Assembly (NCBI GenBank): GCA_013265495.1
Contig: MU058418.1
Location: 1,016,917-1,080,916 of the forward strand
Source: Vicugna vicugna
Taxonomy: Eukaryota
Direction of reading: 5' to 3'
Length of the DNA stretch: 64,000 bases
How positions within the stretch are numbered: the stretch's first letter is position 1; each line of letters opens with the position of its first letter. Shown piece by piece: positions 25,893 through 39,600 of the stretch. The translations under genes were made by a program, and so were the position numbers. The notes beneath the pieces are model-generated. The model was not told where the DNA came from, ran no database searches, and was given only the letters and a program-made list of their open reading frames with translations.

Positions 25893-26016
25893 TGGCAAAA
25901 AAAAAGATGTGACAATGAATATATGTATGTTCATGTATGAAAAATTGTGCTCTACACTGGAATTTGACACAACATTGTAAAATGACTATAACTCAATAGA
26001 AAATGTTAAAAAAAAA
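25893..26016 (+). mobile_element. Very short young L1 3' tail
   Basis: atgtgacaatgaatatatgtatg...ctggaatttgacacaacattgtaaaatgactataactcaat...(A)n. TSD aagacatg at 25885-92 / 26017-24. Confidence 0.8.
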
Positions 26017-26426
26017 AAGACATGCTGATAATACCTCCATCTGCAATCAAACAAAATGACTGCAGGGGTATTGTACATTTTATTGTTCATGCTAGACATA
26101 CTATAAATCAGAAAAAAATCATAAGTAAAACTGTATTTTTTAAAATGCAGTAATATGAAATGTAATTTGCATAAATTAGCCAAGAAAAACATACAAAACT
26201 TAGGTCAACACAAAGATATCAATCACTCTAGTGTGTTAACATTTATCATATGATATTTAACTTGTTATATATTTTTACTTTGTTTAATGATACAAAAAGT
26301 AAGTTAGGAAATGACCAAAAGGAAAGGCTGTATTATAGTTCAGTCTTCTATCTAAATTACTAGCAGTCATGTAAAGTCATCTCAGAACACTATTCACTGT
26401 TACACCTCAAGTAACAAAACACTTAC

Positions 26427-26551
26427 TTATTTATAAACTGCTCCAGCCCTTGCTTCCTTTCTTCGATAAAATTGTCATCAAATATTCCATCATCTCCTCT
26501 AAAAGGAAGCTGACGCAGAAATGCTTTCCCCGGGAGTGGGGGAACTACAAC
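26427..26551 (-). CDS. SNX3: SNX3 exon 3 (PX domain)
   Basis: Acceptor ttttag| and donor AA|gtaagt. Encodes VVVPPLPGKAFLRQLPFRGDDGIFDDNFIEERKQGLEQFIN(K), 125 bp. Confidence 0.98.
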
Positions 26552-27350
26552 CTAAAACAAGATAAGAAAATTGTTGAACATGTTGGCTGAATTGGGAACA
26601 TTAATAGAGCATAACATGAAGACAAAATATATCTTCACTATGAAAGCCATTCCACTGTTAAACTAGTTTAAGCATAAAAGGGAATCAATAAAAAATACAT
26701 TGAAAAAAGATTTGACATTTTGGAAAGATAAACAAAACGCAGAAAAGCCCATCAGACCAAAGCTCCTCACAGCAGGACCCATAGCTTAATTTTCATTTTC
26801 CCTGGACTTATCAAAGCACAAGTATACAAAGAGAATAAGCAATACTGAAATAAAGGCTACCATGCCCCTCAGACAGTTCTGATACCACCTGGGGAAGACA
26901 ATGCTTTATTACAATAGTAACTGCAGAGATCAAAATCAATTAAATGAAGAAGTAAAATATTAACAATGCTCTCTCTAGCACGGGCAGGTAAGAATTCTGT
27001 GGTCAATTTTTTCCACCTCATACCATCTGCATACAGTCATTCCTACTTGTGTTTGACGTGGTAACAAAAACTAATCAACAACTCTACTTGTCGCCTCTCT
27101 TCCATTTCCAGAGCTAAGAAATATGTCAATTTTGTCCCAAGCCCACTATCCTATCTTTCCACCAAAACCTGTCATTTCTTCTTTTCCACACTAAAGGAAC
27201 ATCTCAAATTTTCCCTGTAAAAGCCTAACTATCTTCTAGAGACAACTTATAACTGATCTCCTTCTTCTGATAATTATCTGGAGCTCAAATTTTTGTTTGA
27301 ATTAAATAGCACCTAGCTATTTATTTCGGAAGTTAGTTGGGTTATCTATC

Positions 27351-27577
27351 CCAGGGTTTCTCAGCCCTATTATAGCACTATTAACATTTTGATCTAGGTA
27401 GTTCTGTATGTTGTGGGGAGGGGTTTCTTATATACAGTAGGAGACGTATTTAACAGCATCCCAGGCCTCTACCCACTATATGCTGTCAGTAGGCACCCCA
27501 CAGTTGTGACAGTAACAACCATCTCTAGACATTGTGAAATGTTTCCTGGGGGACAAAACAGCCTGTGGTAGAGACCA
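27351..27577 (+). mobile_element. MER20-like hAT DNA transposon
   Basis: cagggtttctcagcc...gcactattaacattttg...catcccaggcctctacccacta...cagttgtgaca...agacattg. Confidence 0.8.
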
Positions 27578-27898
27578 AGCAATCCATCCTATTAATGCCT
27601 TCAACTCAAGGACCCCTGTCTCAGGCTTCTTATAGTTATTTTAAGAAAAGCTGGGCATTCAACAGAAGCTCAAAAATCTGTTAAATGACTAACCACTTAG
27701 TTGAATCCTTGTCTTACATCAAAACGGAAAAGGTATGGGCAAACAATTCAAATAAGGAGAAATATCAATAATAAACATCAGTAATAAAATTCTATATATT
27801 TTAAGAGGTAAAACCTAAAACCCTTGATGCAGAGTTTCTATTCTAAAATAATTCAACAAGTTAAAAAAAAAGAAAGAACAACACAACTTCATACAACT

Positions 27899-27902
<4 letters not shown>

Positions 27903-27934
<32 letters not shown>
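27903..27934. repeat. A32 homopolymer
   Basis: Directly visible. Confidence 0.95.
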
Positions 27935-27936
<2 letters not shown>

Positions 27937-28557
27937 AACATAAACTTTATAATTCCTTCCCAGATCTATCCTTCTCAGATGACCAATGATTAAGACATCT
28001 AAAGACTTTTTCTTCATTAATTTGCTTTGTCATTCTTGAATCTTTCCCCTATATTAGCATTTGTCAAATTGAGAGTTAAAACCTGCAGGGAACTTGCTAC
28101 TGAAAAGTAGGGATCATGACCACTAACTGAGCTCCAGTAGAATGGCTATATGATGGGTAGGGAAAAACATCTGTATCTATAAAGCTATTATGAAAAAAGG
28201 AATCTAGAATCAGTACATTAAATAAATGACCACCATTAATTAAGGCTTTAGCATGAAATTTAAGATTAAAGATTACTATTATCATCTGTAGAGATACATT
28301 CCTATTAATATTCAAAATAGTCATTGAAATGGATGGTGAGGTTGTAGGCAACAGGATTAATCACCTACAAAAATCATGAGTGGTTTGTCCAGCTAAGATC
28401 CCAAAGATCTTCAACAAATTATTTTTGCTTAAGCAGTCTGAAAAGATCTAGTCAGAATTCTTATACCAATTTAAATGTCATGAGTCTGATGATATGTGTG
28501 TATGTGTGGCAAGGAGACATGAGGATATCTGGCCAGCATAATAGTGAAAGCACCCTG

Positions 28558-28642
28558 TGCGGAAGGTAACAGCTGAATGAATGGTAAGGCGCGCAAGGTC
28601 CTGGGTTCAATCCTCAGTACCTCAATTTAAAAAAAAAAAAAA
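28558..28642 (+). mobile_element. Diverged Vic-1-like tRNA SINE
   Basis: caaggtcctgggttcaatcctcagtacctc plus poly(A). TSD core agtgaaagca at 28543-52 / 28644-53. Confidence 0.8.
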
Positions 28643-28819
28643 CAGTGAAAGCATACTGAAATAAAAGCTAAAAGATTTAACCATAATGACCAGCAAACAC
28701 AATAAATGTCCCCTAGTTCTAGTATAATAGATTTTAATTAAAAGTCCTAATATATAAATAAAACAAATGATTAATTGTTCTTAGCAATACTCTACAACTT
28801 TTACATAGGTTAAATGTTC

Positions 28820-29830
28820 CAAATAATTAACTGGTCTAATGTTAAAAGTGAAGTATTGTGCTTCAAAGGACACCATCAAGTAAAAACAATCTACAGAATG
28901 GAAGATTTTTGCAAACTGTAAATCTGATAAGGATTTGTAAGAGTTTTTAAAAGTATTCTAGATACAACTCAATAATAAAAAGAAACTCAATTAAATAGGC
29001 AAAGGATCTGAAAAAATATTTTTCCACAGAAGATATATAAATGGCTGATATATACATAAAAAGATGGTCATCATCTTTAGGAATCAGGAAAATGAAAACC
29101 ACAATGAGATACCACTTCATACACACTAAGCTGTAATAAAGCAATCAGGTAACAGTAAGTGTTGGTGAAGATCTGGAGAAAAGTGGGACTCTCATACATT
29201 GTTGGTGGGAATGTAAAAATAGTACAGCTGCTTTGGAAAACACTCTGAGAGTTTCCTCAAAAGGTTAAACAGAGATATCATATGATCCAGTAAATCCTAG
29301 GTATATAACCAAGAGATGCAAACACGTATGTCCAGAGAAAAACCTATACATGAATGTTCACAGCGGCATTATTCACAAGTCAAAAAGCAAGAACAACCCA
29401 AATGTCTGCCAATGATAAATGGATAAATAAAATGTAGTGTAGCAACACAAGAGTATTTTCTGGCAATAAAAAGAAAAGAGGCAGTGATTTAATCATACAA
29501 CAGGATAAACCTTGAAAACATGATCAGTGAAAGAAGCCAGATGCGAAAGACTACATATTCTATGCTTCTATTTATATGAAATGTTCAGAATAGGCAAGTC
29601 CATAAAGTAGATTAGTAGTTGTTTAAGACTAGGTAAGGAGGGGTTGGAAGATAAATTGGTAGTGATTACTAATGAGTGTGGGATTTCTCATATGGAGTGA
29701 TTACAATATTCTAAAATTGTAGTGATGGTTGCACAACTTTGTGAATATGTGAAGAACCACTGAACTGTGCACTTTAAATGAGTGAACTATATGGCATGTG
29801 AATTATATGCCAATAAAGCAGTCATAAAAA
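28820..29830 (+). mobile_element. Old L1 (L1MB-like) ORF2 end and 3'UTR
   Basis: aaaaccacaatgagataccacttcatacac...gttggtgggaatgtaaaa...acaacccaaatgtc...gaattatatgccaataaagc. Confidence 0.85.
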
Positions 29831-29919
29831 AGTGATGTATACATTCACAAAATGCTTATTAAACACTCCAGTGTGCCAAATGTTATCTCAAGCAAAGCCA
29901 AAAGCCTATCATGACACTT

Positions 29920-30330
29920 CTTCTCCTAAGTCAGACAGAAAAAGACAAATACTATATGACCTCACTTACACGTGGAATCTAAAAAAGTCAAACTCAGAGA
30001 AAAGAGAGTAGTAGAATAGTGGTTTCCAGGTTGAGGGGTAGGGGAAATGGGGAGATACTGGTCAAAGATGAGTTGTAAGATGAGTAAGATCTGGGGATCC
30101 AATGTACAGCATAGTGACTACAGTTAACAAGATTGTATTGTACTCTTAAAAGATGCTAAGAGAACAGATCTTAAATGTTACCACTCCCACCACCACCACC
30201 ACCAAAAAAAAAAAAAAACAACTATGTGAAGTTATACATGTATTGACTAACCTTGTTATGGTAACCATTTATACACACACACACACACACACACATAAAA
30301 TCATTGTGTAACATAACTTAAACTTACACA
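29920..30330 (+). mobile_element. L1 (L1MA-like) 3'UTR fragment containing (CA)n
   Basis: aagtcagacagaaaaagacaaatactatatgacctcacttacacgtggaatctaaaaaagtcaaactc... Confidence 0.8.
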
Positions 30331-31378
30331 AGGAGCTCTCAAATGTTGATACAGTAGATGAATCTTCAAAAGTAAATATTCCAAACAAGGAATACAGTAT
30401 TTCTGTTTATTAAGGTCTTCTTTTTGTCTTTTTATGAAGTTTTAAAGTTTTCTTTGTCTTATATTTCCAATTTTACTCCTAAGTATTTTATACTTGGATA
30501 TTCTTTTGAGTAAAATTGTTTTTCCATTTTTGATGGAATGCTATGATTTGTGTATGTTGCTCTTGTATCCAGCCACATTTATCTGGTTAAGGAACTCTTC
30601 TTTTCATTTCTAGCTTACTATGCTTCAGAAGTGAGCCCAACCTAGCCTTAACCTACTTCAGGGCTCCTACCACACCCACTTCTTATTCGACTACACTCTA
30701 GTCACAAAATAACTTTTCATAATTCTGTGTGTACTATGCCCTTCCATGATGCCACTGATGTCATTCTGATGGAGGGCTGGATTGAGGGACATTAGAATGA
30801 GACCTTGTTCTATTTTGCACCCACAGCCACCAAATTTTCTTCTAAGAGAAGACAGTTCTTACCCAGATACATTAAAATTGCAGGTAGCAATCCATTAGCC
30901 ATGATATAAAAAGCTAGTCTGAAGAATATTGACACCCCACAGAGTAAAGTAAGGACTGGTTTATGTTATATGTAAATGTGTGATGATAAAAAATGTATTA
31001 TGAGTCAGTAAAAAAAGTGGAAATACACTGACATGGGAGAAGTACTGAGGAAGAGGTACTTGGCAAGGAGGGAAAGGGGAAGGTGGAATAATAAGATGAG
31101 GGAAAGGAAGGAAGCAACAGCGAGAAAGTTCTAAGAAGTGTTACCCACATGTGAGTCAGCAAAGGCCTCAACTGGGCCACTGAAGTAGACATAAGAAGAG
31201 AGAGTACGAAGGAAAAATTATACACTTCCCCCACCTCCTATGAACTAAAATGAAATTAAGTATTTGAAAAAAAAATACTTGCTTTTACCCACTTTATTCA
31301 AGATAATTTTCCTGAGAGATCTTAAACATTAAAATTTGGAATGTTTTACTGCAAAGTCATATTACAAATAATTCTTAC

Positions 31379-31474
31379 CTTGCTTTCTCTTTCTAATTCA
31401 CTTCGCAGCCATTCAAAGTCACTGTATCTTCTTCTAACGGTAGATTCTTTCAGCTTGAAAATAGGCAGATTTGT
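31379..31474 (-). CDS. SNX3: SNX3 exon 2 (PX domain, RRYSDF motif)
   Basis: Acceptor tttcag| and donor AAG|gtaaga. Encodes [32 protein letters not shown], 96 bp, phase 0-0. Confidence 0.98.
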
Positions 31475-34400
31475 CTGAAACGAGAAATCACTCCTAAGTT
31501 GAAACATGTTACAGGGACTTCAAAAAAGCTGGGGGTTGGGGGTGGATCGTTTGTCAAATTGTTAATATGGCAAGCCCAGTTACCTCAAAACAAGAAAATC
31601 ATAAAGTTATTAAGATGAGGTTTTACTTCTAATAAAATCAAACTTGGCCATTAAAAGTATATTGTTTATACAAGAATACAATTTCTAGTTTGCATGTTTG
31701 TGCATATGCTCTTGGATATCATCCTGCATGAAGTTAGTTACATAAATATGGGTCGTTTTTTTCTATTTCAGTGAGCTGTAAAAATTTAACTGAACAGGAG
31801 TGAGATGAAACTAGCTCTTTTTGTTATCCAATTTAGATACAGTTTAGCATACAATGCTCAACCTCAGGAAAAAGAGGCCTTAACTACTTTGGAATGAAAT
31901 ATAAAATATTTTGTTATTATGATTGGATCAGATGTTTCATAATGAAAGAAATGAATAAAAGATTCTTCTTAATGGTCTTCTTAAAAAATGCCAGAACATA
32001 GCAGGGTAAGAGTACAATGTATGCACTCTTTCACCAGTAGGAAATTAGCAATCATATACATTAGATCACGTCACTGATCCAGAGCTTTACAGGCTGAGGG
32101 CAAGTTTAGGAACTGAAAACATAATGCCCAGTACCTTGAGGTAAGACTATTCCTTATAAGACTGCAAAGACCACTTCTGTCAAATTCTAAACTTAAAAGT
32201 ATCAGAAAAGATTTCTATTATCTTTTACTGGTCCCTAGAAAGAGAAAATATACTACCAAATACAATTTTAAATGGCTTATGATTAAGGACTATTAGCAGA
32301 ACCTGTATACCACCACAATTTTATAATTAAGAATAGAGCTTAAAATGCACATAATATAACAAAGTTGGTAGGGGACAGAAATGACCTAACACAATTAATG
32401 CCTTACCATACTGAAAATGCTATTTAATACTATATACACTCAGATTATATTTTGTCCTTAATTCAATCTTTGTACTTACAGAACTGCAAACCATTTTAAA
32501 GCTGAAAAGAAAAAACTTAAGTGCCACTGGAAGGAAAGACTGTCCCTACAGGGACATCATCATGTAAAATTCACCCCTAAGAAAATTCCAATCATTTGTT
32601 AAACTTAATGCCACTAGTAAGTGTCATTTAGCAAAAGAAAAGCTTTTTATTCAGGATCTTAAATCTATTCTGTAGTGGTTTCAACTTTTTCTAACGTGTA
32701 TTAACTTCTCCATGTTGTACACCTTATAGCTTGGAATCTTTACAGATGCTATTGGGCATAACACTGTATAGGTTTCAGGCATGAAACCAAATCTCACAAG
32801 AGGTTTAAAAGCACTTGAATTTTCTTTCCCAGGTAACCACAACATTTGTTCATTGTATTAATGACTAAGAGCAAAACTGCACCTAACAAGACTCTTATTA
32901 TACTAAAAGTCAAGCTTATATTTAGAGACGCTGGCTTGCTGTACAGAGGGGTATTCTCATTCCCCACAGGGAATAAAATTAGGTCCCCTGGAGAGCAGGA
33001 TGGTAATTCCCAGAAAGAAAGCACTGGATTATTTCTCTCTAATTTCACCCATTGGCTTTTTAACCAGGTTCACCCTTCCGCATTAAAATATTAAGTCTTT
33101 GTAAGTGTCTAAAGATAGATAGGCCTTTACAGAATTAAGTGTTTTCTGCAGGTGAGATTTTACATTTTAAATTCCCTCCTCTCAAATTACTTTACAAAAG
33201 GGATTAGCTGCTCTCTTTATTCAATATGTTAAGATCAAGCTTGTGAAAAAGAGTTCCCTAAGAATTTTCATACTTCTGGGTACGGAAGTCTATAAAGTTA
33301 ATCTCTGAAACAACATATCAAGCTTACAGGTACAATGTTGAGGGAAGAGTGCCAATTCAGCTCATTTTACCTCCATTTTCCCTTTTGAACTTTTGACACA
33401 ATCACGATTATATCTGATTCATTTTAACAGAAGGGTAGTGGGAGAAAGAAAAAGTCCATTCCGTTCTATGATTAGCTAATAGTGTGATAGATTATATATA
33501 TTTTAAAAAGGATCTTGGTTATTAGCTTAAGAAAATTTAATAGTTTTCTCAGCTGGCTATGATTTCTCTTTATATGAGGACGCTTTAGAGTTTTGACAGT
33601 CACATCGAGTAATTCTTATTTGCCCATTACATTTACAGTGGTTTAAGTGTGCCTGTTAATGTCTCCCTGATTATCAAAAGGACTTTCAATTCAACTTGAT
33701 TAAAATACAAATGAAAGATGCTGAGGTTTTTTGTTTATGCCACTGAACTATCACCGTTAATTACAAACTCTTATGATTGGTCACTTTCAACTTATTTAAC
33801 CCTTGTAAAATATTCTAATTTGGTTTTCTAAAGAGGAAAGAGTAAGGTTAATTTTTTTTCTTACAGCCTTGGGAGAATTCAACTAATATTACAATTTGGG
33901 AGCCTCTATAAAAGGGCATAATGCTACATAAGATGTGGAATATAATGATGAGTAAGATACAGTCCTAGTCCTTATGAAGCTTATAGTATGTTAGAAGCTA
34001 AGCATATAAAAACTTAAATTTACATGGTTAACAATACCATACACCATAAATAAAAACAAAGTTGAAAGACCACAAACTGTAGACAAATACCTGTAGTATA
34101 AAACAAAGGAATAATTTCATTAAAATGTAAAGAACGTAAAAACTAATGAAAGATAAAACTGAATAACCTGAAAAACAGAAAAGGCAGCACACAGAAAAAT
34201 GACATCAGTAATGTTCAACTTCACTCACAAAAGAAATGCCAGTCAAAACATTAAGATCCCATTTTCAATTATCAGGCAAGCAGGTATTAAATTTTAATAC
34301 CCATGATCATGATGGTGAAAGTAGAGAAAGAGGCATCTAAAAAACTTGCCAATGACAGTGAAAATTGGTACAACCTTTAAGGAGGGAGTTTTGGTGACTC

Positions 34401-35247
34401 ACTCTTTTAAACGCATTTATCTTTTGAGCCAACAATTCCACCACATATTAATCCTACAAATATTTCCACATATACAAAAAGATGCTGGTGCACAGATGTT
34501 TATTAGTATTGTTTATATAGTAGCAAAAAAATTTCAAAAGCCCAGAGAACTAAAAATTTATAAATCTGTTACAAATATAAAATGAAGTATTATACAGCTT
34601 CTACAAAATATAACCAGCCACAGACTGATCAGGAAGCCTGCCTAAGATGTGTTAAGTATAAGAAGTTTCAGATTATAAATCAATTAAAGATGTTAAAAAA
34701 AAAGTGTAAGAAGTTTCTGAACAGTATCTATAGTAGGATACCATTTGTATAATAAAGAAAAGAACACAAGAATTAACAATTGATTTAGTCAGTATTATTT
34801 TAACACATAGAGGTATCTCCCTGTGAGCACCAGGAGTTAATAAGCATCTCTAAACAGGAAAGAATCTTTGAAACAAAAAAACAGAACAGAGAGGTAACCA
34901 TGAATTCAACAGATTAGCTACATGTACTAGAAAGAGGAAACATGAAAACAGTTGGTTCTATCTTTATCACAAGAAAAAAAAATTCTTTTGGTAACTATGT
35001 ACTATGATAGATGTTAACTAGATATATTGTGGTGATCATTTCACAATGAATACAAATATCAAATCATTATGTTATACACCTGAAACTAATATAATGTTAT
35101 ATGTCAATTATACCTGAAAAAATAAAAGGTGGTTCTAGCTGGTTTTCAGTTTTATCTACTTGAAGAATATGGAAAAGCGACTCCTGAGGCAAATTATGGC
35201 AAAAAGATGTTTAAATGCTTTACTTCAGATACCATTTAAAATGCTTT

Positions 35248-35406
35248 AAATCCCACCCCTGGGCATATATCTGGGGAAAACTATAATTCAAGAAGACACA
35301 TGCACCCCAATGTTCACAGAAACACTTATTTAAAATAGCCAAGACATGGAAACAACCTAAATGCCCACTAACAGATGACTGGATAAAGATGATCTGGTGT
35401 ATATGT

Positions 35407-35441
<35 letters not shown>

Positions 35442-35900
35442 AATATTACTCAGCCATAAAAATGAAGTAATGCCATTTGCAGCAACATGGAGAGATCTAG
35501 AGATTATCAACCTAGAGATTATCATATTAAATGAAATCAGACAGAGAAAGACAAATGTCCTATCACTTACATGTGGAATGTAAAAAAAAGATACAAATTT
35601 TGTTTACAAACCCAAAACAGACTCACGGACAAAGAAAACAAACTATGGTTATCAAAGGGGAAAGGGCAGGGGAGGAATTAGGGGTGGGATTAACAGATAC
35701 ACATTTCTATATATAAAATAGATAAACAACAAGGACCTACTGTATAGCACAGGGAACTATATTCAAGTTCCTGTAATAAGAATGGGATATATTATAATAT
35801 AATGGAAAAAATCTGAAAAAAAAGTATGTACATGTATAACTGAATCACTGCTGTAGACCTGAAACTAACACTGTAAATCAACTACACTTCAATAAAAAAC
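35248..35900 (+). mobile_element. 5'-truncated L1 3' end with internal (CA)n
   Basis: ctgggcatatatctgg...catgcaccccaatgttcaca...aacaacctaaatgccc...aacaacaaggacctactgtatagcacagggaactat...cttcaataaaaaa. Confidence 0.9.
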
Positions 35901-36985
35901 AAAGGTAAAGAAAAAGCTTATTCAGAGAGAACTAAAGTGCTGAATTCTGAAATTAAATGTAAATCAGAATTAATTATGATTCATTTACTTTAAGATGACT
36001 AAACTTTTGAAACTTAAAAGGCAGGATTTAGTATTTTCTCATCCTTACATTCATATTTTCCCTCTAATTTTTTTTAAGGTCAAAACAAAATATTTTAATT
36101 CTTCATGAATATTAGTATGGCTTTTAAGATCTCCTTTAAAGAAAAACCAGCAGTCAAGCCAAAAAATTATACAAGATTAATACTGAATTTCCTTATTTAA
36201 TGGGGGAGAAATTAACATCCTTCTGATTTTAAGGAAAGTCGCTCTAGTTGTTCAAGCTGAGCATAAACGAGAAACCACTATTTTCCTCTAGTTTCAGTTC
36301 ATTTTACCTAATAGGAGAAAGTGTCCAACTCAATTATTTGTATGAAATAACATTATTTGTAGGAACAGTGACCAGAGGCAGGCAAGATCAAAGACAAGGC
36401 AAATGAACAAGTCCATCATTAGGCAAAAACCATAAACCAAGCCACAGCATTTAGCTATCTGTATAGGTGTGTGTTACCAGTAAATGCTGAAGATGAGTTT
36501 GAATAACCTTAGTCTATTTTAGACTTTTCAATTTTGTTCATGGAGTTATGGAAGTTCTTCAAAGTAAAGACAGAGGCTACTTATAAACATTTACATCAAC
36601 AACTCTCACAGGACCTATAAGAAACCACAAATTATTAAAAATTTAAAGCTATGCCAGGGCTATGGCCCAAACTAACATTTTAAAGGCAGAAGATTATAAT
36701 TATCTGCTGAAAAAGTTAAGTTGTTGTCTGTATTCCATAAAGTCTATAAAAACTATTTTATTCCACATTCAAAATATGCTTTTATTAATCATTTTAAGCC
36801 AAATAAGTTAAATGTCACCACTACTTAACATTTCTTTGGAAAACTATAAAACAGATTACCTACATTAAAAAGGGAGACAGAAAAAACAAAAATATTCAGA
36901 TCTGGCACAGAAAACTTCTAAAATCCTATCTAAATATGGAACAAAATACTAAAAAGAACAAAAAAAATCAAAATCTCTACTCCAT

Positions 36986-37103
36986 GGGAGGTGAGTATAG
37001 CTCAATGGTAGAGTGCACACTTAGCATGCACAAGGTCCTGGGTTCAATCCCCAGTACTTTAATTAAAAATAATAATTTAAAAAATGTAACCTTAAAAAAA
37101 AGG
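36986..37103 (+). mobile_element. Vic-1-like tRNA SINE
   Basis: gtatagctcaatggtagagtgcacacttagcatgcacaaggtcctgggttcaatccccagtac. TSD aatcaaaatctctac at 36966-80 / 37104-18. Confidence 0.9.
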
Positions 37104-37494
37104 AATCAAAATCTCTACATCATATCCTATTCCTACTACTGAAATCAAAGATGTTTTCTTTAACCTGGTTATGCTTCAGAATTACCAGGGTAGCTTTAAA
37201 CAATTTCTTAAATGTAGTATAACAAAAATATAGAGAAGTGCACAAATACATTGAGGGTACAACTCAATGAGTTTTCCAGTGGTAGCAATCTAGGTAGTCT
37301 CTTAAAAAAAAATCAAACCAAAAACAAAACAAAACAAAACACAACACAGAAACAAATCCAGTCCTGAAGCTTACCTCAGATCAACTAAATCAGATCCTAA
37401 GGGAATGAGCCTTTTAAAATAGTTCCCTAGACGATTAATACACAAAAGTTTAAAAACCATTACTATACCACACCTGATTGGCTCAAAGGATCAT

Positions 37495-37710
37495 ACAACA
37501 GGCAGCTAAAGCAGTGCTAAGAGGGAAATTTATAGCTATAAATGTCCACATTAAAAAAGAAGAAGTATCTCAAATGAATAACCCTAACTTCCACTTTAGG
37601 AAACTAAAAAAAGAACTAAATACGCAAGTAGAAGGAAAGAAATAATAAAGATCACAGTGGAAATAAATTAAACAGAGAAAGGAACAACAATAGAAAGGAT
37701 AAATGCAAGA
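37495..37710 (+). mobile_element. L1 ORF2 internal fragment
   Basis: cagctaaagcagtgctaagagggaaatttatagctataaatg encodes AKAVLRGKFIAIN, an L1 ORF2 motif. Confidence 0.85.
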
Positions 37711-38289
37711 CAGTCAATGCAATGAAAGAAATGGGAGATTTTAATCTAATTTGAGATTATTTGTAATATCTTGCTTTATAAAACTTTGATACGTAGTCAT
37801 ACTACTCCTTCCATGGGAGAAGAAAATCATAGTAACCCTTTTTCACTCTTAAACTTTAAAATCTAAGAGGTCCATTCAGTATAAAAATACACACTTTCTA
37901 ACATTTTATATTATGATAGTGATTAAGAGCTCAGTCTGTGTCTAGGTTCCAATTACAGTAAGGCTACTTAGCTATGGACATGGGCAAATTAATCTGTTTC
38001 TCAATTTGCTCATTTATAAACTGGGGATAATAGTGTGAAAGTATATTTAAATAGATGCTTTAGAAGTTGAACTAAACCTAGATAATTTCTTTTCTACTAC
38101 TTAGGAAATCATATAAAATAAATTATTTTGAAATTAATTTGTAACACTGGAAGACCATGTTCTTGTAACCCTATCTCAGTTTTTGTAGTAATTAAATGAA
38201 GTAGTACATATAAATATGCTTAGAACCGTACCTAGCACACAATAATTGCACAGTAAGTTTATTTTTTTCTTGTTACTCCCTTTGTGTCT

Positions 38290-39600
38290 TTTTAAAACTT
38301 AACAAAAAGTTCTAATATTATAATTCTCCCCTATGTCTTTAATCAGTGTTATTGTTACAATTGCTTTGTAAATATTCTACACATGGTTCTTTTTGCTGAA
38401 CCACTTAGAGTAAATTGCAGACATAACCCTTTACCACTTAGAGTGTATTTCCTAAGACATTCTCATATATAACCAAAGAACAAGGACCGAATACAGGACA
38501 TTTCACAGTGACATAAAGTCCATATCAAACTTTACCACTTGTCCTAATAGCATCTTTTATAACTTAAAGAAAACCAAAATCCAGTTAAGAATCAAGCATC
38601 GCCTCATTATTTTTTTTTAACATTTAACATTTTTACTGATTTGACACAAAATGAAGATACTATAAAATTCTTTACAAGATTCACATTGGTGACAGATTGG
38701 TTAAGGAGTATCATTAGTTCAGAGTATTTAAGTTGAGCCCTGCACAAAGAAAACACAAAATGCCCATAAATATGACAATTAAGCTTGATAGAGACATCCC
38801 TAAATTTGACGAGCCTCAGAATGTACATGGCATTACAAATAATAATATACAACACTAACTTTTTTTTCTAGATTATCATTAGTAAAGAACAAATATTTTT
38901 CCTCCACATTGGAGGAAGGCAACATCTTTTTACTTTTTCTATAAAAAATGATATTATAAAATTGCTGTCATATGTAGAAGTTATCAATGAGTATGCAGCA
39001 AAAAACCCTCAAAAATATAGAATAGTCTAATATATATAGAATATATAGAATAGTTTAATAAAATTATGTTAATTTTTGGATTTTGTGATGTCAGTGATAT
39101 TCTGCAGTTTTCTTTTTTCTTGAAGTACAGCTGATTTACAATATTACATTAGTTGCAAGTATACAACATAGTAATTCAAAATTTTTAAAGATTATACTCC
39201 ATTTAAAGTTATTATAAAATACTGGCTATATTCCGTGTGCTGTACAATATATCCTTGTAGCTTATTTATTTTATATGTGCCTCAATATCATTTTAGTCTT
39301 CAACCTAGAGCAGTTCCTGCCTTTCTGCCATTCAAGACATTGACAATTTCAAAGAATGCAGGCCAGATAATTTGAGATACATTATACATTTGAGTTTGTC
39401 CTTTTCCTCATGACCAGTTTCGTGTCGTTCATTTTTGGCAGGAATGTTCCTAACGGCAGGGATGTTGAATCATTCTCAGTACATCACATCAGAAAGCACG
39501 TGATGTCAGCTTGTCCTATTATTTGATCACTTGGTTAAGGTGAGGGCAGTCAGATTTCTCCCATGTAAAATGATCTTTTTCCTCTTTAAGTTTTTTTTTT
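38290..39600. mobile_element. Composite of an old - strand L1 3'UTR, a possible hAT relic (~38610-39100) and a younger - strand L1 tail (~39110-39275)
   Basis: tgaagtacagctgatttacaatatt...actggctatattccgtgtgctgtacaatatatccttgtagc is an antisense L1 3' end; the flanks resemble L1MC. Assignments approximate. Confidence 0.5.

Noticed and set aside
27873..27951. A32 run as a tail-only insertion
   Set aside because: The flanking similarity (caacacaacttcata / caacataaactttata) is too loose to call a TSD.
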